Assembly (NCBI GenBank): GCA_009602735.1
Contig: WELA01002751.1
Location: 1-57,684 of the forward strand
Origin: Mesotaenium endlicherianum
Taxonomy: Eukaryota
Reading direction: 5' to 3'
Length of the DNA stretch: 57,684 nucleotides
In this document: piece by piece, positions 11,090-23,958 of the stretch
Numbering within the stretch: the stretch's first letter is position 1
Layout of the letters: every line of letters begins with the position of its first letter
The notes under the pieces: model-generated
Seen by the model: the letters and a program-made list of their open reading frames with translations, nothing else
What the model was told of the DNA's origin: nothing
Databases searched by the model: none
Program-made: the position numbers and the translations under genes

Positions 11090-14000
11090 GTCGTTCTGGG
11101 GTGTCTACTGGCGTGAAGACAAGAACTTACAAGGAGGTTATCCCCAGGAGCCTGCCGAGAAGCAAAGGACGAGACGTTGACAAGCCTATCGTCGTGGAAG
11201 GAGTGGTCGACGGCAACAAGGCGAAGTGCATGGTCGACAGTGGCTCAAGTGCGAATTTCGTGCACAAGAAGCTGGTGAAGTAGTGGCGAATCCCTGTGCA
11301 GAAGCATTATGAGCCTAAGGAGGCAATTTTGGCGAATGGGCAGAGACTCAAGTGTGGTGCACCTACGGAAGCTATTCACGTGAAAGTAGCGGGGCACCAG
11401 AGTACTGAAGTTATGGAGCAGGCAGAGTTGGGTCACCAAGGGGTGATATTGGGCCGACCATGGCTGAGAAAAGCCAACCCTCAAGTGCACTGGAGCACAG
11501 GACAAGTGAAAGTCCAAGGGCGTGATGGCCGAATGGAGACAGCAAAACAGGTGGAGGTAGATACGACCACAAGTAACTGTCTTCTGTCGAGCCTGCGAGT
11601 TAAGAAGCTATGCAGGGCGAATCAGGTGAAGGAGATGTACCTTGTTTCGGTGGCCCTGGCCAGGTCATCAGATGGAGCAAGCGTGAATCCTAACAGCCTG
11701 GGCGAATGTACATCGCCGGAGGAGCAAGTAGTGGTGTCTGATCCCCTTGCTCAGAAGGAGCAGAGCCCAACTGCTCAAGAGAAGAAGCCTGCTGAGATGC
11801 CTGCCCAAATTAAGGCGCTGTTGGAGGAGTTCAAGTGCGTATTTCCTGAGGAGCTACCTGCAGGATTACCTCCACAGAGAGCTATGGAGCACAAGATCGA
11901 GTTGGAACCAGGGAGCAAGCCACCAGTGAGACCCGCCTATCGCCAATCGTTTGCGGAGTTGGATGAGTTGAAGAAGCAGCTGACAGAGTTGTTGGAGAAG
12001 GGATTCATCCGACCCAGCGAGTCTCCATTTGCAGCGCCAATCTTATTTGTGAAGAAGAAGGATGGGACTATGAGGATGTGTGTCGACTACCGGGCACTCA
12101 ACAAGGTCACCATCAAGAACAGGTACCCACTTCCACGAGTGGACGAGTTGATTGACAGGCTTGTCGGGGCGAAGTATTTCTCGAAGATCGATTTGAGGAG
12201 TGGCTATCACCAGGTACGGATTGCGGAAGGAGACGTTCAGAAGACTGCTTTCAGAACTTGCTATGGTTTATTTGAGTTCACAGTCATGCCTTTTGGATTG
12301 ACCAATGCACCTGCTACATTTATGGAACTCATGAATAGTATCTTCAGACCCTATTTGGACCAGTTTGTGGTGGTATTTTTGGACAACATCCTGATCTATT
12401 CGAAGACCTTGGAAGAGCATGTGGAGCATTTGAGGAAGGTGTTGGGGGTCTTGAGAGATCAGAAGTTATATGGGAAGATGAGCAAGTGCAACTTTTGTCT
12501 CAAGGAAGTCGAGTTTCTTGGACATATAGTGGGAGCTGAAGGAGTCAAGGTGGAACAGAAGAAGGTGCAAGCAGTCAGAGATTGGCCGGTACCTGCTGAT
12601 ATTCATCAACTCAGGAGTTTCCTCGGCATGGAGAATTATTATCGACGCTTCATTGAAGGATTTGCCAAGGTGTGTGCACCGCTGACGGACATGTTGAAGA
12701 AGCAGGAGAAGTGGCTATGGGGTGGCAAGGAGCAGCAAGCCTTCGAGAAGATTAAGGAGCTGTTGACACAGGCACCTGTGTTGGCAATTGCAAGTCCAGA
12801 GCTTCCTTTCACCATCATCACGGATGCATCAAATTTCGCAGTGGAAGCCATTCTTCTCCAGGACCAAGGTCAAGGATTGCAGCCTGTAACATACGAGTGC
12901 AGGAAGTTGAGTCCTGCTGAGCAGAATTATGCAGCATACGAGCGGGAGATGTTGGCTATTATCCAGGCTTTGAGGATTTGGCGATGTTATGTGGACGGAC
13001 AAAAGGTGTTCATCAAGACCAACCACAAGAGCTTCGAGAAGTTTATGACGCAGCCAACGTTGACACCAAGAGAGGCAAGGTGGATGGAGTTTCTGCAACA
13101 GTTCGACCACAAGATTGAGTACTTACCTGGGAAGATCAACCCTGCAGACGCTCTATCCAGGAGGTGTGACCTTGCAGTTGTCTCAGTCATCAAGGAGAGT
13201 ATGGACTTCAAGGAGAAGCTTCAAAAAGGTTATGAGGAGGACCCAGAGTTTGCTGATGGTGGAGTAGCTGAGTTCAACGTGAGTATGCTGAAGAAGGACG
13301 GCATATGGTATTATGGTAATTCCAACACAGTGGTGGTACCCGACATCATCGAGCTACGAGACTTACTACTTGCGAAGCATCATGATTGCTTATATGCTGG
13401 ACACTTTGGAAGCGAGAAGACGGCAAGCGTGCTGAAGCGGGAGTACTAATGGAGAAATATGGACAAGGACATCGAGGAGTGGATCAGGAGTTGTAATGCG
13501 TGCCAGAGAAACAAGACACCAAATCAAAAGAATGGAGGTACATTGCAGCCCCTGCCTATTCCAGAGTATCCTTGGGAGCAGATTGCTATGGACTTCATCA
13601 CATCGTTACCAGTCAGTGGTCAAAGGCACGATGCAGTATGGGTTGTGAATGATAGACTCAGCAAGATGGCTCACTTCATTCCCATGAAGGAGACTTGTAC
13701 GGCAGCAGATGTGGCACGGCTATTCTTTGATCATATTTTCAGGCTACACGGGTTGCCGAAGGTGATTGTTTCAGATTGGGATCCAAGGTTTACTAGCAGC
13801 TTCTGGCGGTCATTGTTTACTTTGATGGGGACCAAGTTGAGTATGAGCACTTCCTATCACCCTCAAACAGATGGGCAGAGTGAGAGGCTCAACAGATCTC
13901 TGCAAGAGGTGCTCAGGAGTTTCACTATGGAGGACCCTTCAGAGTGGGACAAGAAGCTGCCAGGGTTGGAGTTTGCCTACAACAACAGCATGCAGGGGTC

Positions 14001-14688
14001 CACCAAGCAGTCACCATTCGCTATGGTTTATGGGCAAGAAGTATATCATCCAGGGAACATCTTGTTGGAGAAGGCCAAGGAGACTCAGGCTCCTACTACA
14101 CAAGCTTTTATGGAGCAGATGGCCAAGACTTGGGATATGGCGAAGACGCGTATTCGGAAGGCACAGGAAGAGCAGGTCAAGCATGCTAACAAGCACAGGA
14201 GGGAAGTGACATTCCATGTGGGCGACAAAGTACTGTTGTCCACAGAGAACCTACCTTTCAAAGGCAAGAGGAAACTGCGGGCACGGTTTACAGGTCCCTT
14301 TGTAGTGCTCAAGCAGGTTAACCCAGTGACCTACAAGTTGGAGCTTCCTTCAGGCTAGCGTATCCATGATGTGTTCCATGTCAGTTGTCTGCGGCGATAC
14401 GTTGACCCGAATGAAGGACATCCAGGACGACTACCTACACCGTCACCACCGGTCGAGATCGATGATGTATTGGAGTATGAAGTGGAGGCGATTGTCGGCG
14501 ATCGACGAGTCAAGCGAGGTCAACGACTTCTTCAAGATTATCTGGTCAAGTGGAAGGGCTACCATGCGGACGACAACACTAGGGAGCCAGAAGCCAACTT
14601 GACTCATTGTAAGAGTAAGTTGAGACGTTATCTGCAAGATGCGTCGAGGACGTCGCATCTTGAGGAGGGGGATGATGTAAGGTCATAG
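11068..14688 (+). pseudogene. pol: pol of B1 (PR-RT-RH-INT-chromodomain), several stops
   Basis: VDSGSS; RT motif FLDN (FLDD in B2); [17 protein letters not shown]...YLVKWKGY; in-frame stops at 11281, 13447 and 14356. Confidence 0.95.
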
Positions 14689-15411
14689 GTTTATAAAGTG
14701 CATTTTTGAGTTTCATAAAATGATTGTACATTCATGTAGAGTGCATTTGTGTGGTCATTTTGATATAAAGTTCATCGAATTTGGTCAAGTATTGAGAGAG
14801 TTACGGATTTCCGAAGTTTAATTAGTTTTGAGGTCGGTTGACGATTGTCCTAAATTCGCGGTGAGCGCGACCGTCGGACTGACCGACAGCGTCGAGCGAT
14901 CTGGCCCGTTAGTGTGAACTCGAACCTTCACGTAAGTTCGGCTGACGCGGAGTGCCGACTAGGTCGATTTACCTAGAAGTTTCGGTTTAGCCTAGCGCGT
15001 CTAAGATAGAATATTCTAGTAATGTCGATGCATGTATGTGGACGTCAATCCGGCCCGACACGTCAGATTAGACTGATCTCGCTTTCTTACGAATATTTTG
15101 GAAGGGACAATTTGACAAACACTTAGGAAAATTCGTAACTTCCTCCTAGGGAGGAGCACTTAGGCAGAAAATTATAAATAAGCATAACTTCTTTGTTTCT
15201 TATCAGTTTTCACTTCTGTAAATTTCTACGGGTTTGTAATGACAAGGCCTTTTANCCTACGTCATTTGTGAGCAGTTTCTTGCTATTAAAAATGTCAAGT
15301 AATTTTCCTAAGCTTTGTTAGTGATATGCCGCTGCACTCTCTAGTATGATTGCAACTAGTTCCTTGCCTCGTGAGTTACTACGCTTCCACTAGGGCACTC
15401 TGCCCCTTTCA
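14676..15411 (+). repeat. 3' LTR of B1 (736 bp)
   Basis: Follows the PPT; direct repeat of 9278-10021. Confidence 0.95.
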
Positions 15412-16129
15412 TTGAGACTTGTCCGGACCCAAACGTCAAAAGACGCCCCAAAAATCAATCTCCGATGTCTCTCCTCAGTGCGTAGATGGATCTTTCATAC
15501 GCTAAGCCAGGCAAAGGTGGAGAATATGGACCCCTCCACGGCAGGCAAAGATTTTTCTTTTATGCTGAATGGCAAAGAAAGTGTTTGGGAACAAACCTCC
15601 ATCTCCAAAGTGTATAGATTTAATATGCCTCCTGCAATGTGCACCATGCAATTTTTGGACAAGTATGACAATTGTAACAGAGACTGAACATGGTCACGGA
15701 CATTGTCTTCTGATTGGTCGTTGTTTAGTTCGAGTGTGCCGATGTCATTATCATAGACTTCTTAATCACAAAAGTAAAAAAAAACTAAATGCAAAAATAA
15801 GTCAACTGAAGATCTGTTGCCAAAGTTACCGGGTGGCCTGGGTGGCCTGGCAGGCCCGCTCCCCGTTGCCCGATTACTTTGTCAAGAAGGCAACGGGCAA
15901 AAGTTGCCGGGTGAAAAGGATGACCTCATAGGTCCGCTTTTCGTTGCCCAATAACGTCGTCAACTCGCATCGCACAAAAGTCGCCGGCTGGTAGGGGGGC
16001 TCTAACAAGCTCGTCCCCCCTAGCTCGGTCCTTTTTGAGCGAGAGGGGGACCTGGCTATCCTCGGCCCCCCCGCTTGCCTCCTATTGGTCAAAAGCTTTT
16101 CAACCGCGACATCTGCAGCCCACCCTGAC

Positions 16130-16820
16130 TATAATGAATCAGTATATTGGATAGATATAATATTCATTTGAATATAATAATTAATTACGTTCAGCCTGCT
16201 GGACATTTGATACTTAGTTAAATGACTCAGCCGAGAGCAGCAGGCTGAAGTCAATTAGGTCATCCTGTTGACTTGGGTCAGCTTGCTGACACATTCTTGA
16301 ACAGTCAGCTGGTAGCCGTACTCGGCAGCAGCAAACTGCCTAGCTATGCATCTAAGTGTGGTGTGCTAGATGAGTGGCCAGATGACACCCTTAAGGTGGA
16401 TGGCGATTCGGGATGATGGGAGATGGCTGTGGACTTGGTTCGCCGAGGTCCTACCAACGTGGTAAACTCCCAAGTAGGCGGTGCCATCGCATTTGCCGTT
16501 GAACTGTAAACTCATTCCATGTACATATGCTAGACATTGCTCTCGAGTTCGGCATTTGAAAACGAGGCCAACTCTCTTGTACTGCTTACTGAGAGATATC
16601 AGAATCCAAGGCGAGAAACCATTGATACGCAATGCTTCTAGCCTTGCTTATGTATGAGTTTACAGATTGCATTATTGATGCTAGTTTACTTGCATTTGAC
16701 TTGCGAGTATTGTTCACTGCTAGTGTGCTGTCTCTTGCTGTTTAATCAGTTAACAAAAACTACCATAAAGATTACTCGCTGATAATTGTTAATCGCATAT
16801 TGGTAAGTCGATTCATTTCA
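16130..16820 (+). mobile_element. Solo LTR of family A (691 bp)
   Basis: Reverse-complement homologue of 5852-6572; starts TATAATGAATC (TG>TA), ends TTTCA; perfect TSD CTGAC at 16125-16129 and 16821-16825. Confidence 0.93.
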
Positions 16821-19800
16821 CTGACAGTGGCCATGAGACAAATTGAATTCAACCAGGGTCCGTAGCAAGCCCCAGGACCTGCATAAAATTCGATGTTATT
16901 TGCTTTTTTGGACGTTTTCAAACTCATGCGAAGTTGTAAATTTTGTCAAAAGAAATCCCGGTCATTGTAAGCGGATGTCGCGTATACTCTTAAAATTTCC
17001 TATTTTCCTTTAAACATTGTCGTGGGATGCTATTCCGTTATTAAAAAAATTCCTATCAAATGTTGTCGGATGTTCTCGAAACCCTGACCATCGCCCTGAG
17101 CAGGCAGGCCAGAGGATGTTACCGAAATTTTCTGAAATCCGCGACTTTTGTCGAATCTTGGGGCCTGGTCCGTAGACCAATTGAATTTCCTTTCGAGCCT
17201 GAATAGGCCCGTTCTGAAGGATCTTGGTCATTCTAAGGTCTCGGATGGATTTTGTTATCGATGGAAACCAAAATTATACGACGATCCTCGTCGATCCACA
17301 GCAAAAAGATACTCGTGCATCAGTCCCTCTGTTTTCTGGCCGTCGTCTTCCACTGTCGATCCATAGTCAATATTTTGCAGTGGTTGGCATCATTGTTCTG
17401 AGGTTGTGACAAAATATCATGATTCACTCTGACATCAAGCATTCTTTCTCAATTTAATGGTAATTTTTGCGTTGTTGAACTTATTTGCGACACTGCTTGA
17501 GCCTCTCAACGACATCCGTCATGAGTGGCTTGTCGTTGCTAAGGTGGCGGGTAAAAATGTCGTCATTGGAAGAGTTGAACGTTGACTCTTGTCGTCAAAC
17601 TACGTACGTTCCGACAGTCAGGAGGAGGCCCATACGCCGTACAATGAGAGAGCTTGTGCACACAATTTGAGTCGGCTATGAAGATGATCTAAGCTCATGT
17701 GAGGTACAACTGCGAAGATGCATGGTATGACGACAATAGCCGAAGTTGTTGAAGGCTTGCATGGCCGTAGTATTGACCTTCACGTAACAGAATGAAGATA
17801 GGATCCTCAGCATCCTATTTCTTTACTTGCTGCCCCTTTTTCAGACTGCATGTACCCAATGAGCTGCATGTATCTCATCTTTGAGTTAGTTGTTGGACAA
17901 ACAAGGCAACTATACACAAACAACTCCGACACAGCAATAGCATCATTTTGGTTATTTCAAAAAGTCACCTCCTCGTACTATTGTACATCCACTCGCGCAA
18001 TTGCTAGTCGAGCGTTTTTAGAAGATTGAATGGAGTTGTCTTAACATTGTCTGGTAGATATGAATGTTAGTAAATATTAGCTAGACTTAGAGAGGATTAA
18101 AGAAGAAGAGATTACGCGCATTGTACCAGATTACTACTCGTCCATTTTGTGCATATTACTACTCCTACTATTCTTTCTATAGTCACCTTCTTTTCTTTTA
18201 AGATTAGACAATTTGAACACACATTATCGAACCAAAATCACACAGCTTTTGAAATTGAATATCCATACTTAAATTTTGACTAAGCGTCACAAAGTAAGGC
18301 ATGTATGGCGGTCCTCACTACAAGGAGCATAAAACAACACCTACTAATGCATGACATCTACAACATATTCACTAGGTGACACGTCAATCCGAGGGCTAGA
18401 TTGTAACATGTCTTTGTGCTCTTGCATAAGAAGAGTATGGCAGAGACGTCCAAGTTGGGACCAACTTAAGAACATACCATTCCATAGGCCTCCACAGAAC
18501 ATTACTCAATCCACCTCTATTTGTTGGAGGTGTTTTGTATACAAATGCCCTACCCACGTAGACGAGAATATATTTACGACAAAGGTAAGCCCCTACTCAC
18601 AAGCCTTGCTCTTCAACCCTAAACTACGTCGCACACATGGACCAGTTGGGTCCTAATCTACCATACTTCAAGAAGTGTCCATCATCAACGTACGTCCAGG
18701 GTATATGTCACAATGGAAAGCCTCGTTGGCACCTAGGTCCTGTTGCCACCAACTTATGGCCAGCTTTGAGATCGACACACTCTTTCGCCACATTCTGAAT
18801 AGCCACTACAGAAGACTACAAGAAAATCTGAAGCATAGATTCACACAAGATACATTCATGTTGCAGGTTAGAAGGCCTGCATTTGAGCTCTTACCTCTCA
18901 TATTATCCACACAGTACCATCCTCTACCAATCTAAGTTTGACATTCAAAAGGATTCCGAATAACGCACCCATTACATCCGTGACGAATGGGACCACACCT
19001 TCTTCCACATATAGGCTCTTGCACAACAAACCTCTGCCACCCAACACACTTCTCACAAGACACATACATGGAATACTTCGACTTCTCATGGAAACTCTAC
19101 TCATCGATATTTGTACTTTGTACCTGTCTGTCTAGACACCTTTCTTTAGCCTCTGTGCGCCACGACGAACAAAGACACGAGGCATATATCATCTCTACCA
19201 TCTCTACAACTCATGCCTGGCCAGCAAACTACAAAAGGCCTTCCTCCACCAAACCTCCGCTTCCTGTACAGAAAAACTGCTACAGCCCATCTCCCTCCTC
19301 TTGTCCCTCTTTCACTTCCAAGTCTTCATCCTTGTGACTATACCCCTCACCCCAATACTAATGCACACCTCCCCTCACAGTGGCGCCTGAATACTTCTAT
19401 GTACAACTTTTGAAAGGGATGATATGAACTGGCCCTGGTGTATGTACATTGAAGGTGGCCAAGAGTTTCCCAAACAATTCTCTTCCTATTTCACAGAGGT
19501 GCAACGTTTCTTTTGCCCCCAGATTCTACCTGCGTCGCACAAAACTCTTCCACTCACTCTCATTCCTGAAAAGCCATCAACAAGCTCAAGCCTCCTCCCA
19601 CTCGTCACCTTATGCATGTGCTTCACTTTCTAAGCATCCTCTATGTAAAAGCAGCCTTGCAGTGGACAATCCCTTGCGTATCGGCCGGCGCCTTCCTGTC
19701 TGATGGTATAAGAAAATATCCTTATCCCTTTCACCCAGTCAAGGAGCAGTCTATATTGCCGTGCATGCAGTCTTCCTACTCCACTGTTACACCCGCCCTC

Positions 19801-19834
19801 GACCCCTGCACCTGTTGCTTGGTCTGCCGCAAGA

Positions 19835-22800
19835 TTAGGCAAGGCCCGTGACGTTCAGGTCCGGGTTCCAGGAGCAGTGCGAAGACGTTTGCAGGCGAAC
19901 CAGGGCAGCCCGGGACACCTTGCAGCTGCGCACAGCCAAGCAAGCCAGCTGGCTGAGGCCACGAATGTGGCGCAGGCCGTCGTCGCTGACCTTGGAACCC
20001 GACACATTCAGAGCCTCCAGCTTCGCCAGCCCTGCGAGCCCCCCCCNNNNNNNNNNNNNNNNNNNNNNNNNNNNNNNNNNNNNNNNNNNNNNNNNNNNNN
20101 NNNCCCCCCCCCCCAAAAAGAACCAATAAGCTCTTGTCACATGCGGACCACAAGGCAAAATTGCCTCCACAGGGATCCCACCTGAGGGTCGCAGGCTCTC
20201 GCACTCCACCCTACTGCTGGTGGCCACATGAACACCTTGGCCCTGGTCACTTGGCTTTGCTGCAGATATGCCAAAGCATTCATAGGAAAATACTGACAAT
20301 GCACCTTACTAGTAGTTACACTGCAGCAGAAGCCAGCGGCGGTACCAAGGGGGCTGAAAGGTGGAAGGGGCACCTGACAGAGCCACCAAGCCCTGATCCG
20401 TGAGCTTGCCATTCTGCGAAAGGTTGAGCGAGGTGATGTTGGTGAGATCGCGTAGCTGCCTCACGCCCGCATCCGTCACCCCGCCGCCACATAGCTCCAG
20501 CGACTTGAGCATCTTAAAGTCTGTTGCAAACCCCCCCCCCCCCCCNNNNNNNNNNNNNNNNNNNNNNNNNNNCCCCCCCCCCCCCCCCAAAAAAAATCAC
20601 GACTGAATTCACCACACACCCTACAGACTTCCAAACCCAACCTGAAGAAGGACAAGTGCAACAACAGCACACCAGCCAGCATGCTCCCCTCATATTGCCA
20701 GGTAACTATCAGGTGAGCATATGCTAGGAGCATGCATGTGTGCAGCAAGCTGTGCGCTGTCTCCCATACAGTGAGTGGGTACGCTGACTTACGGCGGAGG
20801 TGAGTGGTTCCAACATCCGTGATTTTGGCGCCAAAGAGGTCCAGGCTGGTCAGCCCCGCCAGCGCTGCCACATTGCAAACTCACACATGATGGAACACTG
20901 TGCATGTCAGTTGCTGCCAGCGGAAACAGGACCGCTTTGTCCCTCCCTCTCATTTGGGAATTACCATCCTCACGTGCATCAGAAGGGAAAGGGCATGCAG
21001 CATCGTACAGGTGAGATGCGCAATGCCGACATCCGTGATGAGGCGCGAGTCCAGGTTGAGAGACGTGAGTGTTGTCATGGTGCCCACCAGGCGCAGGCCC
21101 GAATCAGTGACTCCCGAGTAGCTCAGGTTGAGAGCCTGCAGCCTCGACAGCCCTGCATGTGACACATCCCAGCAAGCCCTGGTTTTTTTGTGACTCTCAT
21201 AGCCCTCTTTTGCAAGGGCCCCCAGAGGTGCGCCGCATACAACACACAACGGGACACACCGGTCCGTGTATGCCTGCAGTACCAATTTCTGCACATTAAA
21301 GTCTACGCTTGAAATCCTGAGAGTGCAGAAAATAAAAGAAAGAAAAAAGAAGAGGGGGGCAGGGTAGGGCGGGGGGATGCCCTTAGCCTTTGTAGAACAC
21401 CATATTTTCCCTTTGGGAGAACCGGGGGCAAATGTACATTTTGTCCCGGTCCTATGATCTTGATTTCCCGGGCGCCAAAGGCTAAGGAGCCCGGAGAACA
21501 AAATTGCAATTTTTTCNGCGGAGACTTGTCATGTTCCCAACATGTAGCATCGCGCGGTTGGTGATTGCACATGAGTCCAGATTGAGCTCCTCCAGGTTGC
21601 TCAGCCCTGCAAGGGCCACCCATCGATTCTGCCCCTAAGGATAAGCATCAAACCGCCAACGTGCAAGGGAGCACATCCCACAGCAGTGCCCCTCCTGCCA
21701 GCCTGCATGGTAATGAGTTGGAGGAACTGCTTCACACACACAAATACACACCTTGCACATGGGCAGTGCCAGCATCGCTCACGGCCGTGTATGCCACGTT
21801 CAGCACCCTCAGATTCTTCAGCCCTGCCATCATTCATGCAATAGTGTCACCCTAATACGGACATCCCATCTCCAATGTCCATGTGGGCAACTAGCCAACC
21901 AACTTAGACAGGCGCAATTCACATCAACCACTGCATTCAACCAGCTGTGATGAGCATATCGTCCCAAGAAATGTGACCAAGATGAGCAGGGAACTGACCC
22001 CGAAGGTGGGCCAGGGCGTCGTCCCCAACCTTGTGGCACCATTCCAGGTTCAGAACCTCCAGCTCCGGCAGCTCTGCCACCCACCACCCTCAGCCCCACC
22101 TTCAGTTCCCAAGCCATATAGGCACACATCTCTGGACGGAGGGAGGGAGCGAGGGAGGCTGGTACACGGAGTAGTGTCCAGTCTGACCTGCAACAGTCCT
22201 AAGGCTGGCATCCTCGAGCTCGCGGCAGCCAGCCATGGCGAGCTTCTTCAGCTTGCGCAGCCCTGCAGGCCAGACAGCGAAGAAAGAATCAACACCACAG
22301 CCAGCTGTGCTATAACGTCGGCTGCAATCACTACACCCGCCTGGTCTCACAGGTCTACAGCAACAGCAGGCGGCCTTGGACTGATCTGACAGACATAACA
22401 TTTAAAAAGTTGTTGCAGTGGGAGAACACCTCCCATTTCACAATTCTACCTCGAGCAAGAAATGAGGACGAAGGCATTGGATGTTTGACCTCGCATACCT
22501 GCCAGGCAGGAAAGACCTTCCGCAGTAACCTTGGACCTCGAGATGTGCAGCTCGGTAAGGCTGCTCAAATTCCCGATAGCTGTCATGTCGTCGTTGGTCA
22601 ATGTGTTGCACCACCCCACGTTTAGCTTCTCTAACCTTCTTAGGCCTGCATCACCCACGCTCATTCATCGCATGAGCGAGGGCGGGCGAGGTCGAGGGAG
22701 GGAAGAAGGGAGGGAAGAAGGGAGGGAGAGCGGAAGTGAGAGTGAGGCGCATACCTCGAATGTGGACAAGTCCTCCGCGAATGCCGGTGCACATTTCCAT

Positions 22801-23958
22801 GTCCAGCGCCTCGAGCGAAGTCAAGCCGGCAAATGTACGCATGCCCGCAGCAGTGATGCAATCGCACGCCTTGCAGCTCAGCGTCTTCAGCTTCCCAAAG
22901 TCTGTCACCGCCGCACAAGAGCTCCTACTCTTGTGAGAGCTCAAGCATGAGAAACAGCAACAGTTGAAAATTACATGCATCGCTTCAAGCAAGCAGCGCA
23001 ACCATGCCAGCTAGTGCTGCCGCCGCCGCTGCTGCTGCTGGACGGTTCCTCCTTGGGAGGTAGCCGCAGGGCTCACCACGGAGAAAGGTGAGACCCGCAT
23101 CGCTGACTCTGTAACAGGAGTTGAACGCCAGAGACTCCATGTTGGTGGCGTGCAAGAGCTGCAGTAGGCCCACGTCGGTGATACTGCCACAGTGCGACAA
23201 GTCCACGGCCAACAGCGCCTTCTGGTGCCCTCCGATCTCGGTCATCCATTGATCAGTTAGTCCCGGGTAATTTGCCAAGTCAGCATCCTGCGCAGTGCAA
23301 CAGGAGGGACCGAGAAACGCATGTCAGCATCCAAAGCAAGCAGCACAAGCACCACCCTCGCCCTAAGCAGCAGAGCAAGAGGAGGAAGCCAGGCTGACCG
23401 ACCTGGAGGGCGCAGCCGGCAAACGCGGGCAGCATGGAGGCCGTCAAGCACTTGGCCGCCACCAGCTGGTTGAACACGCGCTGTGCCAAGTCTGCGGGGA
23501 GCGCAGCCAGCGACTCGTAGCTATGCATGCTCTGCACCCCCCTCCACCACCCGGATTGTGCGAGGCCGTCACTTTTCAAAAGTGCATGGTGTTGGCCAAC
23601 AATTGGCAACTGAATGCAACCCGAGCCAGAAGGTGCGGAATGCACCGAAATCCACAGAAGGAGGGTCAGGAGCACATGCAGCAACTCCGCCAAAGTCAGC
23701 ACTCACAAGTTTCTTGCCTGCACATACCTGGCAAATGCGTTCAACACAGAGCTCCAGCAGGCTGCTGGGGGCGACAGAGAACTTGCTCCTACTGCTGCTA
23801 CTGCCGCTGCTGCTGGCAGCCCTCCATAATGATCCCTTGCTGGCCTCCCTGCTCTCCGTCCCACTCACCCCACTCCCCCCCCCGGTTATCCATATCCTTG
23901 TGGCACAGCTCATCGTAAGAATTCCAGTCAGGGCGAGGGGAGCCCCCCTCTCCCCTGG
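19835..23958 (-). CDS. Multi-exon leucine-rich-repeat protein (RNI/AMN1-like), resembling Arabidopsis At1g15740; start codon unresolved, may extend to ~24550
   Basis: GT-AG exons: ~23958-23728, 23531-23403, 23287-23077, 22901-22755, 22645-22499, 22262-22188, 22073-21999, 21823-21752, 21606-gap(21517), 21152-21009, 20864-20793, 20520-20374, 20031-19835. Motifs SLLELCV, YPGLTDQWM, GGLVHIRG, LDLFGAKITD, LELCGGGVTD and LNLSQN match my recollection of this family; many exons are 72/75/144/147 nt, i.e. whole LRR units. Confidence 0.88.

Larger units (their letters stand above)
9278..15411 (+). mobile_element. Ty3/gypsy chromovirus, family B, copy 1; full length, inactivated
   Basis: LTRs 9278-10021 and 14676-15411 (TGTAAGG...TTTCA); TSD CTGAG/TTGAG (1 mismatch); PBS TAGTATCGGAGC 10024-10035; PPT GAGGAGGGGGATGA 14662-14675. 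Confidence 0.97.

Noticed and set aside
18350..19700. C/A-rich coding-like stretch as a decayed LINE (WRLNTS motif)
   Set aside because: No RT or endonuclease motif series could be reconstructed; needs a translated HMM search.
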